DNA of 42,591 nucleotides from Bigelowiella natans CCMP2755 (lineage: Eukaryota > Protista > Cercozoa). The translations under genes were made by a program, and so were the position numbers. The stretch spans positions 1-42,591 of the forward strand of contig ADNK01000873.1 of assembly GCA_000320545.1 (NCBI GenBank), read 5' to 3'. Positions 26,281 through 38,022 of the stretch are shown here, one piece after another (position 1 is the stretch's first letter; each line of letters begins with the position of its first letter). Under the pieces are notes generated by a model. It was not told where the DNA came from. It ran no database searches and worked only from the letters and a program-made list of their open reading frames with translations.

Positions 26281-26301
26281 TACTGCTCCTCTTCCATGTT
26301 C

Positions 26302-26334
<33 letters not shown>

Positions 26335-27180
26335 GTTTCGTTGTTTTGGTAATGAACTACCATACGAATAATGAATGGTCAGGGCAAGCGTGTGATGTCG
26401 TATTCCTCAAAGTTGAGACCTGCAAATAGCGGTTCTCCAATATGGTATTATGACTGTAAGTAGAAACTACTAGGAGGAAGAAGGAGCAGAGAACATGAAG
26501 AAGAGACGAAGGAAAAATGAGGAGGAATATGTATGCTGTTGTATGTGAGCTTCACACATCAGATTAATCAGTAGCAATTCGGTTAAGAGAAGGAAGATCT
26601 TATCGCTGTCATCACTACTATCACAATCATCATCATCATCATCATCATCATTATCATTATAAGAATACTTCCTCATGTATTCATTCTCTAACAATTCCAA
26701 CAACAACTGCTACTTTCTACTACCATTGCTGCTGGTACTGCTGCTGCTGCTCCTTTAGGGATGAGGACTTTGCCTTTGAGCTAGTGCCTGTACCCTCTCC
26801 CAACAATCCTGGTACGATATGTATTATATATAATATAAGAAGAAAGAGAGCATAATGTTCCGTCGTTGAAAGAGAGAAGATAAAGAAGAAGTCGAAGAAG
26901 AAGAAGAAGAAGAAGAAGAAGCATGAGGCTATCATCCCAAACACCAACGTTGTCCAATTAATCACACTTCTGATGCTTGTGTAGTAGTATTAGTAGTAGT
27001 ACTTGTTGTTGTTGTTGTTGTTGTTGACTGATACACACTGGTAATGCTACTACTACTACTGCTACTACTGCTACTAATGCGTTCGTCGTTCAATTTTACA
27101 GCTCTACCACTGATGCTGCTCTTAAGTGGGGCAACGGCTACATTTAAAATATATCACAAAAACAAGGAAGGAGAGGTGTA

Positions 27181-27218
<38 letters not shown>

Positions 27219-27917
27219 GCAGCATTGTTGGGGTTCTGTTGTCTTCCTTATTGATGTTGGCGTAGTTTGAATGAGTAGGACATCATAGAGACGAAGAACA
27301 TCTTATATTATTATTATTATTATTACTATTATTATTGTTGTTGTCTTGGTGATGAGAAGTCCAGCTGATACTCCTTCCTTATGCTACCAAGCTTATCATC
27401 ATCATCATAGCTATTATCTTCCCACATCATCACCTCCTATTTCTTTCAGGAGATGGTTGGTCAAGCACAATGCCGACTCGATCAACTTAAAACAGGTGGT
27501 GGTGAGAGATGAGGGGGAGAACAGAGAGACCTATCTACTTTAGATGACTGATAAGCACTAGTTTGATTTCTTGTATTTGAATTTTATCGCAGGACATGTG
27601 GTAGAGGCAAGATACTCATTGACTCTTCCGAAGCTACGTACATCCTCGTTGGCAAGAATATCCTCATCAAACTTCACCTCAAAGCAAGCCTACTCGCTAC
27701 GCAAAGATGTCAAACCTCCTCCATTGAAAATCTCTCTTCCTTATTTCAATAATGCAGCAACTGAGGCAACCAAAGTAAGCACAATATTCATCAGAACTTT
27801 TGCGTCCTCGTGCTATACTAATTATTATGTGTATGTACTACCGTCTCACAGGTACCTGGTGAATTGCATGTGACGATAGTTATTGAAAAAAAGACTTCAT
27901 CCTCTAAGACCACTTAA
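14591..27917 (+). CDS. Large multi-exon Rab-GAP with TBC domain, EF-hand and C-terminal C2-like domain
   Basis: Exons give WISASGA (~16646), RQIEK/DIERT (arginine finger, ~16890/17190), LRRVLRAVAVRNPGLGYTQ/GMNY (glutamine finger), EEEAFWVLCSLIE and YPRWLLPLF. EF-hand: ADVDK/NGFVDFPE (~24110-24395). C2-like: VKIRKASGL, SPIW/DEDFAF, EMVGQAQCRLDQL, VPGELHVTIVIEK...TAA 27915-27917. The 5' exons and start are tentative, and the model could be two same-strand genes. Confidence 0.8.
22867..22931. repeat. (AT)n microsatellite, intronic
   Basis: About 65 bp AT run; one of dozens of SSRs in this gene. Confidence 0.9.
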
Positions 27918-29135
27918 CATAGCAGCAGCACAAAGAACGAGTTTATTTAGTGACGATGACATCATTTTTGCACGTGCATGTAAAGTTATAAGGACGTCAA
28001 ATCTCGATGTGGATGATTTGTGCATACCTACGATACGTACTACTACCAAATGTGTTTACGTTGAGTTTTTCGTCGGCGAAGTTGAGCATATCTAGATATA
28101 TGTCTGTACCAACCTTCGCATGTGGAAGCATCATGCTGATGATTTATGCTTTAGCAATCAGCCATCTTGTTCTCAGGAGAACAACCAGCTTGCACTTGCA
28201 GTGTATTTCATCGGTAGCGTACACATTGTCACGACGACAAGGAACAATGTATTTTGACTTTTCTAGTTTTGACTTCGATCATTCAAGCTAGCAAGCGCCG
28301 ATGTACAGCTAGACAGCCCAAACATCCAGGCAGTCTAGCAGTCGGTGTTTGTGTGACATGTGACTCAGGCTGCTTTAACAATCTAGCTATGTGCTAGCTA
28401 GCTAGACGTACGCAAACGCAGACAAATACGCACAGCTTCATTTGTGAGTGCATATGCTAGCATGTCTAGCTAGCTAGATGCGCCTCACATGTGTCACACT
28501 TTTGCACTCTAGCACTGCTAGACTGCTAGACTGATCTAGCTGATCTAAGCTGATGCCTGATAACAGTGATGAAAAATGAAAGCCGCAATTATGCACATCT
28601 ATACATCTCTACTAGATCTCCACCAGCTAGCTAGCTATATGTATGCTCGTCACAGGTAGCTAGCTAGCTAGGCTATGCACGCAGCACAAATCTAGCTAGC
28701 CTCCATGCGTGCAGCAGTCATTACTAGATTGTGTAACATGTTTGCATTCGCTTTGTGAAGTCTCTAAATGACTAGCAGATGCATAATCCGCTGTGTTGTA
28801 CAGCTAATACGTACGTATCGTAATCTAGATAATGACACGTGCGCTAGTGCGTGGTTAGAGCCTAATCTAAAGGCTCTAACCGTATACGAATAATGACAAC
28901 TGGGTAAATAATATTTCATTACATCCATCTCATATCCAAATGTTTAGATGTAGCCACCAGAGCAGCGTGCATGCACTTTTAGACTTGCTAAGAACGACTA
29001 AAATTTGCGCTCCGTAATGCTTCAGCTAATCGTATGTAGTAACCGTCGAAGCAGTAGTAAAGTTATCGACGCTTTGATTACAAATAAAATTGAATGATTG
29101 CCATATGAGCTGAATGCAGAATTGCTCTAAAGACT

Positions 29136-30393
29136 CTAGAGTTCATCATGTTTGGAATCGTATCCGAATTCATTGACATCAATTCCCTCCATCTTGAACA
29201 ACATCTCACCAGATGCTTCATCAAGCCAAATCTCAATGTCGTTTATAATTTTTATCTGAGAGGATTAGTAGGAACATTGAGCTGTTTTCTATATTATTAC
29301 TGGATAATAGATAAAGTAATTTAGACAACTACTACCTTATATTCAAAAGCAGGGATGTACTTCTCAATTGCTTCCTAAATATTATGGTCATCGACCAATG
29401 ATGAAGAATGATCATAGAATTGTAGTAACCAAATAGATTAATAGAATAAAATCTCTTTATTTGTTGTTTGTAGGCACTCTCTTCTTTCTTTCTTTCTTTT
29501 TGTAGCGCTACTGTTCCAACAGTAGTGCTGAGCCTACCCATACTTTGCTCCTAGATTCTGATTTAACTCTTTCAACTTTACTCTTAGCCCCTTTGTCAAG
29601 TAGCTGACGTGCAATATCGATGGCCAGGGGGTACACATTTAGACGCATGAAATTATTGATTGGCCGTGCTCCATATCGCTGATAAATAAATAAAACGATG
29701 ATGATGATGATCATGATGATGCCGATGATGAACATTGAACAAGATGATGATACATACTAGTGCATAATCAAGATGATGGTTGATTAATATAGCTAGACCT
29801 TTGTTGACGTTTCAACTTGCTTATATATTGAGAGTGCCAGACTAGCTGAATATTTAAGCGATCTGAGAATCAATCAAAATGCATGAATGTCCCTATTACT
29901 TAGACAACTCAATATAATGATGATGATGATGATGATGATGATTATGATGATAGTGTGATGATATTAGTATAGTGACAAGTAGTAGGTAGTAGTACTAGTA
30001 GTAGTAACGTACATATACTCAAGTACCCTATCCAATCTATGGTGAGTGAGCTTATTAGCATTTGCTGATGATGTTCACGCCCTCCTCCTTTGGCCAGAAG
30101 AGATCTTGGTTTTTTCTTCTTTTCTAGCATGTCATCGATGAGCTCATGAAGATGCTCAAGCTGATCTTGTGCGATGGATATCAACTATATATACATACAC
30201 AACACATACATACACACTTTTTATTGGGATATTGCATAATCATAATCGTTGTAGTAGTAGTAGTAGTAGTAGTAGTAGTAATGGTACCTGATCTTGAGTG
30301 AGAGGGAGAAAGGGAATCAATGTAGAAAGAGAGGCCATATGACTGCTCTCTCCTACGACGCAATTTATATATAAACGACGAACGAATGCACGA

Positions 30394-30425
<32 letters not shown>

Positions 30426-30799
30426 AATGATGATCTATGAGAAGGAGGAGGAGGAAGGTAAATTGTGATTAAGAATGATGATGAACCATCGGCAAAACAC
30501 CAATAAAGCGAGATAACACAACCCAAATGACAACATATTATTATAATTATTATAATTCAGATTGGCATCGTCATCGTCATCGTCATCATCGTCGTCTCTC
30601 TCTTTGGCAGTATGCATGCATGATGTTGTTGTTGTGGATGATGCAGCAGCAGAAGCAACAGCAGCACTGAGTCGTCCTTCTTAAATCAGATATAGACAGA
30701 CAGTATATACTGCTCTCCTCATTATCATCATTGTATGTTATCATAATCAGGGTCATCATCAAATTAATTCTCTGACATTGAGTGCGTGTTGTTCTTACG

Positions 30800-30834
<35 letters not shown>

Positions 30835-31532
30835 CCCACTGCTGCATGGCTAAGTTACGAATCACGTCAATGGCCTCATCGTTCGGCATGGAGGAATTCA
30901 AGGAACCCGTGTTTTCATCTAATTTATGATGTAGTGAGTAAGAATGATAATGCACAAAGAGAGAGGGAGAGGGGGGAGAGGGCACACTACTTGACGATTA
31001 ATATGAAATGATACCATGCTGCACATGATGATGAGGATGATGATGATGATGATTATTATTATTCTTATAACAACCTAGATCAGATGTGACGATGAAGAAG
31101 CTACCACGGGTGCTCCATTGCTTTCCCTAATGATGATATCATCAATGATAACTTAAACGAGTAGTATCAAGAAGAGAATAAAAACATAACCCAAAATACT
31201 ACATTCGAGTAGGTGAAGAGGTAACACATCAACCATACACCTTCTTCTTGTTGTTGTTGTTGATGTTGTTGTTGTTCTTCTTCTTCTTCTCCACTGACCA
31301 ACCTTGTAAGGTCCCGTTGTACACATCACAATAGGATTTGATTCATCAAATATAGTTCTCAGCCTTCGTAGGTACTCGTTTTCTACCATTAATACCAAAT
31401 AAACAGAAATAGTAGTAGTAGCAGTAAGAACAACATTTGAGGAAGAAAAGATAAAAGAATGAATCATGATCACATGGTCTACTACTCAGATGATGTAATA
31501 TATGCCTCCTCCTCCCATATTTATCTCTTTTC

Positions 31533-31576
<44 letters not shown>

Positions 31577-32953
31577 TTCTCTCTTTCTCTCTCTCTATCT
31601 TGATGCACAAACTATTCTGACAGACGATATTTCTATGTATCAAATATGCTGCTGTAAACATATTATTATACATTCATACATTTCATATATCTAACGCATA
31701 TGTAATATAGAAATCGAATATGTAGTACTAGTAGTACTAGTAGTAGAAGCAGTACCAAGGAAATGAATATCGTCTATGACGATTATGGAGGAGGGGCACA
31801 CAGCCAACTGCTCCACTATAGGGCGCAGCAAATACCTGCAATGTAGTAATAATAGTAATAATAATAATAATAAATGTAATAATAATAATAATAATAATTA
31901 TAATAATAATGCGGTGATGGCGCAATTAGCAGCAACAGTAGTAGCAGATAATGATGTGCGGTATGAAGTTGACTTGATGATGGTTCTCTTCCTCCCTTGA
32001 ATGAAGAAGAAAGAAGAAAAGGAGAAAACTTCTCTAGACCAATAATATTTTATTGATCCCCAGAGAAGGGACTAGTTACAAATTGTTTAATTATCATTAC
32101 GATCGATAGTATTAGTGTACCTCGATGATACGTTGTTTATCGTGCATGATCATCGTCGACATGATAAGTACTACCTTTCCATCATTTCATCTTGCCTTTC
32201 CCTTTCTATCTGCCTCATCATTATGCTCATTCTAAGCTGCAAGAACCCACATATAGGGTTTTCTCGTCGAAACACAGCCTAAGAACGTAGTACGAAATAA
32301 TAATAGCTTGTTCTCAGTTGTTCGCATATGATAATCTAAATGATGCTCACGACTACGCTCTTACCCTGGCTAGAAGGGTCGCGAGAAAAGATTTTCCGAC
32401 TCCTGTTGGCCCCGAGAAGTGCAGCATTGTTGGACTTTCTTTCAAGTAAAGGCTTACTTTAAATGCCTTCTCCACCATTTTTAATGCAACACCTTGCCCC
32501 CTGCATAATAGACAATCAGGAGAACATCGTCATCATCATCATCATCATCATCATAGTAGCAGTAGTAAAAGTACCTGAAATGCTGCTTGACAAGGGATTT
32601 CCATCTCTTTACGGGATCGACGTGTCTCGGACATACATCACCGAAAAGGCCCATGACTGGGTACCTGCATCCCTTATTGCTGCTGCTCAACCTGCTCGTT
32701 ATCATCATTCATCATTTCATATTTTAAGGAATCTTCTTATAAAATTTTCACTCTGAACAATAGTTAGAATAAAGAGTTACTGTGCCATTGCTCCTCCAAT
32801 ATCGCCACATGACAATGCAATCAGGACGAAGAGGAGGGACATCAAGGAGGAGGAGGAGGAACGTGAATATGATGATATCGAAGATGACGTCCGAGTGGGT
32901 GGAGGGTACGAAGATGATGGTGTTGATGATACTATGCCTGTTGAAAATAGCAT
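29136..32953 (-). CDS. ER-luminal single-ring AAA+ ATPase, torsin/ClpB-D2-like, with signal peptide and HDEL
   Basis: Spliced: signal-like MSLLFVLIALSCGDIGGAMA/QYP; FR/GQGVALKMVEKAF; Walker A MLHFSGPTGVGKSFLA (~32370-32430); Walker B region CPSSIIVIDDIHFL (~31760-31810); sensor-1-like FFIVTSDLG; LIPFLPLTQDQ; sensor-2 RYGARPI (~29660-29680); C-terminus YDSKHDEL-TAG (29136). Confidence 0.85.
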
Positions 32954-33421
32954 CTATCGAACACAGAGGCGGAGACGTATGAGAACAGGCAGAGTCGAAG
33001 GTGCTGTCGTCGCTTTCGCTTATAGATGAACGAAAAGGAGGAGGAGGAGGCTCTCAGACAACCAACCCCCCTCTTACTTTCTTTCCTTGTCTGTCTCCCT
33101 GCCCGGAATTAGTAAGAGGGAAGGCGAAGAGGAGGAAGAAGGGGGGAATGTGCAAGCGGTAGCTGAGAAGGATTGTGATGATATATGATGATCTGCGACA
33201 ACGATTTTGCATGTCGCAGTAGGAGAAGGAAGGAGGTTTTAAAGAATCAACAAACGATACTGACGTCTTTACTGTAATATTTGGTATAAAATATGTTCCA
33301 AATACATATGAATCACCAACAATAACAACAACTACATCGCCGTCGACGCAGACGAAGACAGACGACGAAGACCCCGGGACAGTGCTCGCACGGAAGGAAA
33401 GGACTCATGATTCAAGTTAAG

Positions 33422-33422
<1 letters not shown>

Positions 33423-33491
<69 letters not shown>
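33423..33491. repeat. (CT)n microsatellite in a divergent intergenic region
   Basis: About 70 bp perfect CT run between the AAA+ and JMJD7 start codons. Confidence 0.95.
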
Positions 33492-33495
<4 letters not shown>

Positions 33496-33954
33496 CTTTT
33501 CACCCTCTACCACTGTCCTTATCTGCACATCATTCTAATCAATCTTTCACACATAGTACGTCGCTGCGGGTGCCATTTTGCTCTTAGCTTACAGGTGGGG
33601 TATATACAACAGAAGTGCTCTTTAAAACACTCACAAATCGATTTTTGATTCATAGATATCGAAATGTACTTTCAAAAGTGTGGAAATCTGCAACTGAGCT
33701 GGCAGATCAGTTAGTAACAACACCTGTAGCTTGTGAAGTTTGTTGTTGGAATACTATCTTCGTATTCTCTAACTCCCCCCCTCCAGGAACTGTTATCATA
33801 ATGTGCCATATTTTTGTGTTTAAATCAAAAGATATAATGACGCATACCTTGACGAATAAAAGGTAGATCTTCTGTGTATTATGAACTTGTCGTCGAGTGT
33901 ATTCAAATAATCATTGACGAAGCTTTTCTTCCCTTCTTGGTTCTCCTGAAGCAC

Positions 33955-35028
33955 ATGAGCGAAACAGCACTACGGTCATCGTCGTGCGTGAAGGAGAAAA
34001 ACGATTCCCTCATGGATTCAGCCTTAGCAAATCTCCGAGAAAATGTCAATGTAAGGGCAATACTAACACAGGAAGCATGAGTCCTCATTGTAGTATCATA
34101 ATGCCCTAAATCTAATAAGCATTGCTCTCTTCTTCTTCTTCTTCTTCTTCTTCTTCTTCTTCTTCTTCTTCTTCTTCTTCTTTTACAACAGACCCTTGTC
34201 CTAGGCTACAGTATACCACGTGTGGATATGAAAAAATTAACCGCATTAGAATTTCACCGAGACTACGTATCGAAGAATATTCCAGTGATCTTAACAGGTA
34301 GTACTGCAGAGTATCCCACCACCTGTTTGTTGATCCACCTTTCTCTGATGGTGCTGTTTTGTGAAGAACATCTTCATTCTTTTTTTATGCCCTCATCCAT
34401 CATTCATCACGCCAGTATTATTTGATTTCAGGATGTTTGCATGATTGGCCTGCTCTTAAACGGTGGAATCTCCCTTATCTTTCTGAAAAGTTGGGCTCAC
34501 AACAGGTCGTCGTCATCGTCGTCGTGATCCATACTTTTCTTCCTTCGGCTATTATTACTTCGTTGATTCTTCTTGACATCTCCACGTTGATATTTCCATC
34601 TAATCCATGGTGGCAGGTGACCGTCGATATCACCCCTGATGGGCGAGGTGACTCAGTGAGCGAAGATGGCCAGAGATTCGTGATTCCAGCAACACGAAAG
34701 ATGTCTGTGCAGCAATTTGCGGATATTCTTAAAGATAAGAAGGGGAACCAAGGTGTTAGTTAGTAGTCTTATTAATCGTGATTATCCTAAGGCCATGCGT
34801 ACAACTGTTTGTGGCGTTGGAATATGCTTTCTTCAATATATTTAGTGGTATATTGCCAGCATCAAAACTCGAATTTCTCCACTGAATTCAACTCTATCCA
34901 CGAAGATGTGAAAGGAATAGGTGGTTCCATATTATACAAAATTCAATAGTCATCTATTCGTCTTCTATGATGATTTCTCTTTCCCATCAGCCATCGTAAA
35001 GCAGATGATAGATGATCAATCAGTGACT

Positions 35029-35059
<31 letters not shown>

Positions 35060-36644
35060 CACTATATTAGGCATAGCAGAGCAAGCGTTTGGTTGCAAGC
35101 CTGATGCCGTGAACATCTGGATAGGAGATCAACGGTTACTAATCTTCCATCAAATCAATTATCGACAACCTTAGTAGTGGTAGTGTCATTTTTCGTAATT
35201 ATTGCTACTAATACTACGACAAATGATTATAATATTAATAACAATACTGCGGCTGCTGCTACCACCATTGTGCTCTAACAAACAAGATCAGCAATAAATT
35301 GAATTAATACCAGGTCAGTATCAAGTTTGCACAGGGATCCTTATGAAAATATGTACTGTGTCATTAAAGGCCTCAAAAGGTAGGTTGGTTGGTTGTTGAA
35401 CTATAATTTTCATTCTTACAATATTTACAATATTTTATACGATGACCCCAGCGTTAATGTTGTATCAAAAACATTTTTTACACGTGCGAATTGGTAGAAT
35501 CTATCAAAGTCGTTTATCATCATCATCGTCGTCGTCGTCATCATCTTACCCCTCGCTTACAATTCGAATAATCAGATTTACATTACTTCCGCCTACGGAC
35601 GGACCTTATTTGGCCGAGCAAGACTTTCCTTGTTTTAAGCATACACTAAAGCAGCAGCAGACTGTGGTGAATAATAATATGAAGTCGACGATGTTGTCAC
35701 CTTCGCCATCACCAGCAGTAGCAGAAGAAAAACAGTCAATGACGACGAAGAAAAAGACTAAGCTTGTGTGGGATTTAGAGAAAGAAATTGATGAAAATAC
35801 ACAGCAGCAGCTTCGGGTCATTTGCAATAAAACAACGCTTTTAAAAAATTCATTGTTTTCACTTTTTTTTTCCCACTCCATTCTTAGTTTCCTCTTCATC
35901 GATGTCTCGCCTTTCGCCTGTATTTTTTTATCATCGTATCGATTCTCAGTTACATTATAAAAAATCAGGTGAAGTGGATACCTGTGGATCCTGATTTTCC
36001 TAAAAGAATCAAAGCATCTGCCAGATGTCTCGCACTTGCCCATCCCGACAAAATAAATCCAATTAGGTAGTAGTTACATGAGGTCATAGTAGTAGTGATG
36101 AAATCGATTCTATCTGCAGTGTCACCACCAAACGCATATAAGAACAACGACGACAATATCATCAATAGCAAATAGATCAGACCCCTACTACTTACTTACT
36201 CCTTGATGCGCTGCTTTCATGTACTAAGGTGTGAGGTGAAGGCCGGAGAGGTATTATACCTACCCTCTCTTTGGTACCATCAGGTCGCAATTTGCAGAGT
36301 TAATTTATTGAGTGGGAGGAAAGAATTTGAGGAGGCATGATTTGTGTGGTGTTAGGTGTCTCAAGAGGGACTCACAATAGCAGTCAATTACTGGTATTGT
36401 CAAAAGTCCCAGGTTCGCTTGCTATTTTTGTTCAATTATGCGTGTGAATTAGGTATGATATGCATTATGGTTTGACGTGGTCATTGCTCCAGTACTTAGA
36501 AGACGTAAGTAGTTTACGCTTAATATATCAACTGATTTGCGAATTTTTATTTGATGATACGAAAACTCTCTCTTATATGATCATACGCAGAGTGCCAAGG
36601 ACGACACGGAATCAAAATCTAAATTAAAAGGCACTATCACGTGA
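33955..36644 (+). CDS. JMJD7: JmjC/cupin-like 2-oxoglutarate oxygenase, JMJD7 family
   Basis: LEFHRDYVSKNIPVILTG, WPALKRWNLPYL, VTVDITPDGRGD, YCQHQNSNF, PDAVNIWIGDQR/SVSSLHRDPYENMYCVIKG (HxD iron ligands), FTLLPPTD, WIPVDP, VKAGEVLYLPSLWYHQ/VSQ, IAVNYW/YDM. Start at 33955 or 34012; TGA 36642-36644. Confidence 0.93.
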
Positions 36645-38022
36645 CATGCATGCTTCTAAAGTTCAAAATGATGGGCCATCGCAGGGCGTAGCTAGCGTAG
36701 GTCTACGACACGGCTAGCATGTAGACGACGTCACAGATGTATTTGCATGTCTCAGCTTTGCACAGCTACCTACATTAGAATGACCTTTGATTGAATGTGA
36801 TTTTTCCAATCATTCACATCCACCGCCTCCCATGCTGGCATGTGCACGGCACCACGCTAGCACGCAGTGCTGTAGCTGCTTCATTAATGCACATCTGCCA
36901 TGTATGTGCAAGACGGGTGTAATTAATCAATTAAATTTGTTCAATGGTCATCGTCCTTGTGTACGTAGATGTGCGATGCAGCGGCTATAGCGCTAATCTA
37001 GTAATGTTGAATCTGTTGGTCTCAGCCATGATGTGTTTCGTGCAATGATTGCTGAATGCATGCTATTTCGGTCTTGAACGTCGCGCATGCATGTTGCATG
37101 CGCGCAGCAGTTTGCGTTTTCTTTTTCTTCAGAAATCAACATTTTATTTGCTTTCATCGTCGCGTGTCACCAGCCAGTGAGCGATTCCCCAAGCGACGAT
37201 TATGCGCGACGTGATGAAGTAGACATGACAACAGGTGGCACATGCTAGACATGTCTTCGATTGTGTTGCAGATTGCGCAATATGCTTGAGCTGCACTGCA
37301 TATGCGCATGCAGCCCTCCTGAGAGTTTGAAGCTGCCAATGTTGCCAACACTTGTTGTAGCTATATGCATCGCATCCATGCATGATCGATGTGGCAACAA
37401 GGCTCTCCATGTGACTGGCATGGCAAGCTGGCCATGCCATCGCTGTGGAATGCATGAGGTGGATGCCAGGCGGTGATCCCCAGTGATCGCGCCTTTTGCT
37501 TCCGCATGCAAGCCAGCAGCTGCACGCACTAGCGATGATTACATGATGCGGCGATTCAGGTGCTTTGTCATCACCGTTTTCAGGGACGGACAGAACTCAT
37601 CAGAGAGGGCTCGCATGCGCGGAGAGCCTCCCAGTTTTCTTTTTCGAAATTCTTCCGCGCTGGCAGTGCTGCTGCTACGCTAGGCCTATGCATGCACTAG
37701 AGATCAGCGTCGCAGGCACATGCTTTTGCGCCTTTTCTGCTCGCCGTTCATGTCGCAAAGATGATTGTTTTCCCTTGATTGCATGTTGTCCTTGTGAATT
37801 GCATGTGCATCGGCCGCCGCTACACACATGCTGCACTCAAAACTCTAATCAGAGCGGGCAATGTCCATGTAGCATCAGCAGCCGCACCGAGCACAAGAAC
37901 AATTCTTGAGTAAACCATGATTTCAATCCCTAAACCTCACACTGCATTCTAGCATTCGTGCACAGCGCTAAAAAGGAGAAATCTTGCTCATTTCTCCAGC
38001 ACGGTGCGAGAAGTAAGTTTGT

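Noticed and set aside
15869-27543. Numerous homopolymer ORFs (poly-L, -Y, -I, -V, -D)
   Set aside because: These are microsatellite translations spanning introns, not independent genes.
37144-37909. Cluster of C/H/A/M-rich ORFs
   Set aside because: Same compositional artefact in a convergent spacer.
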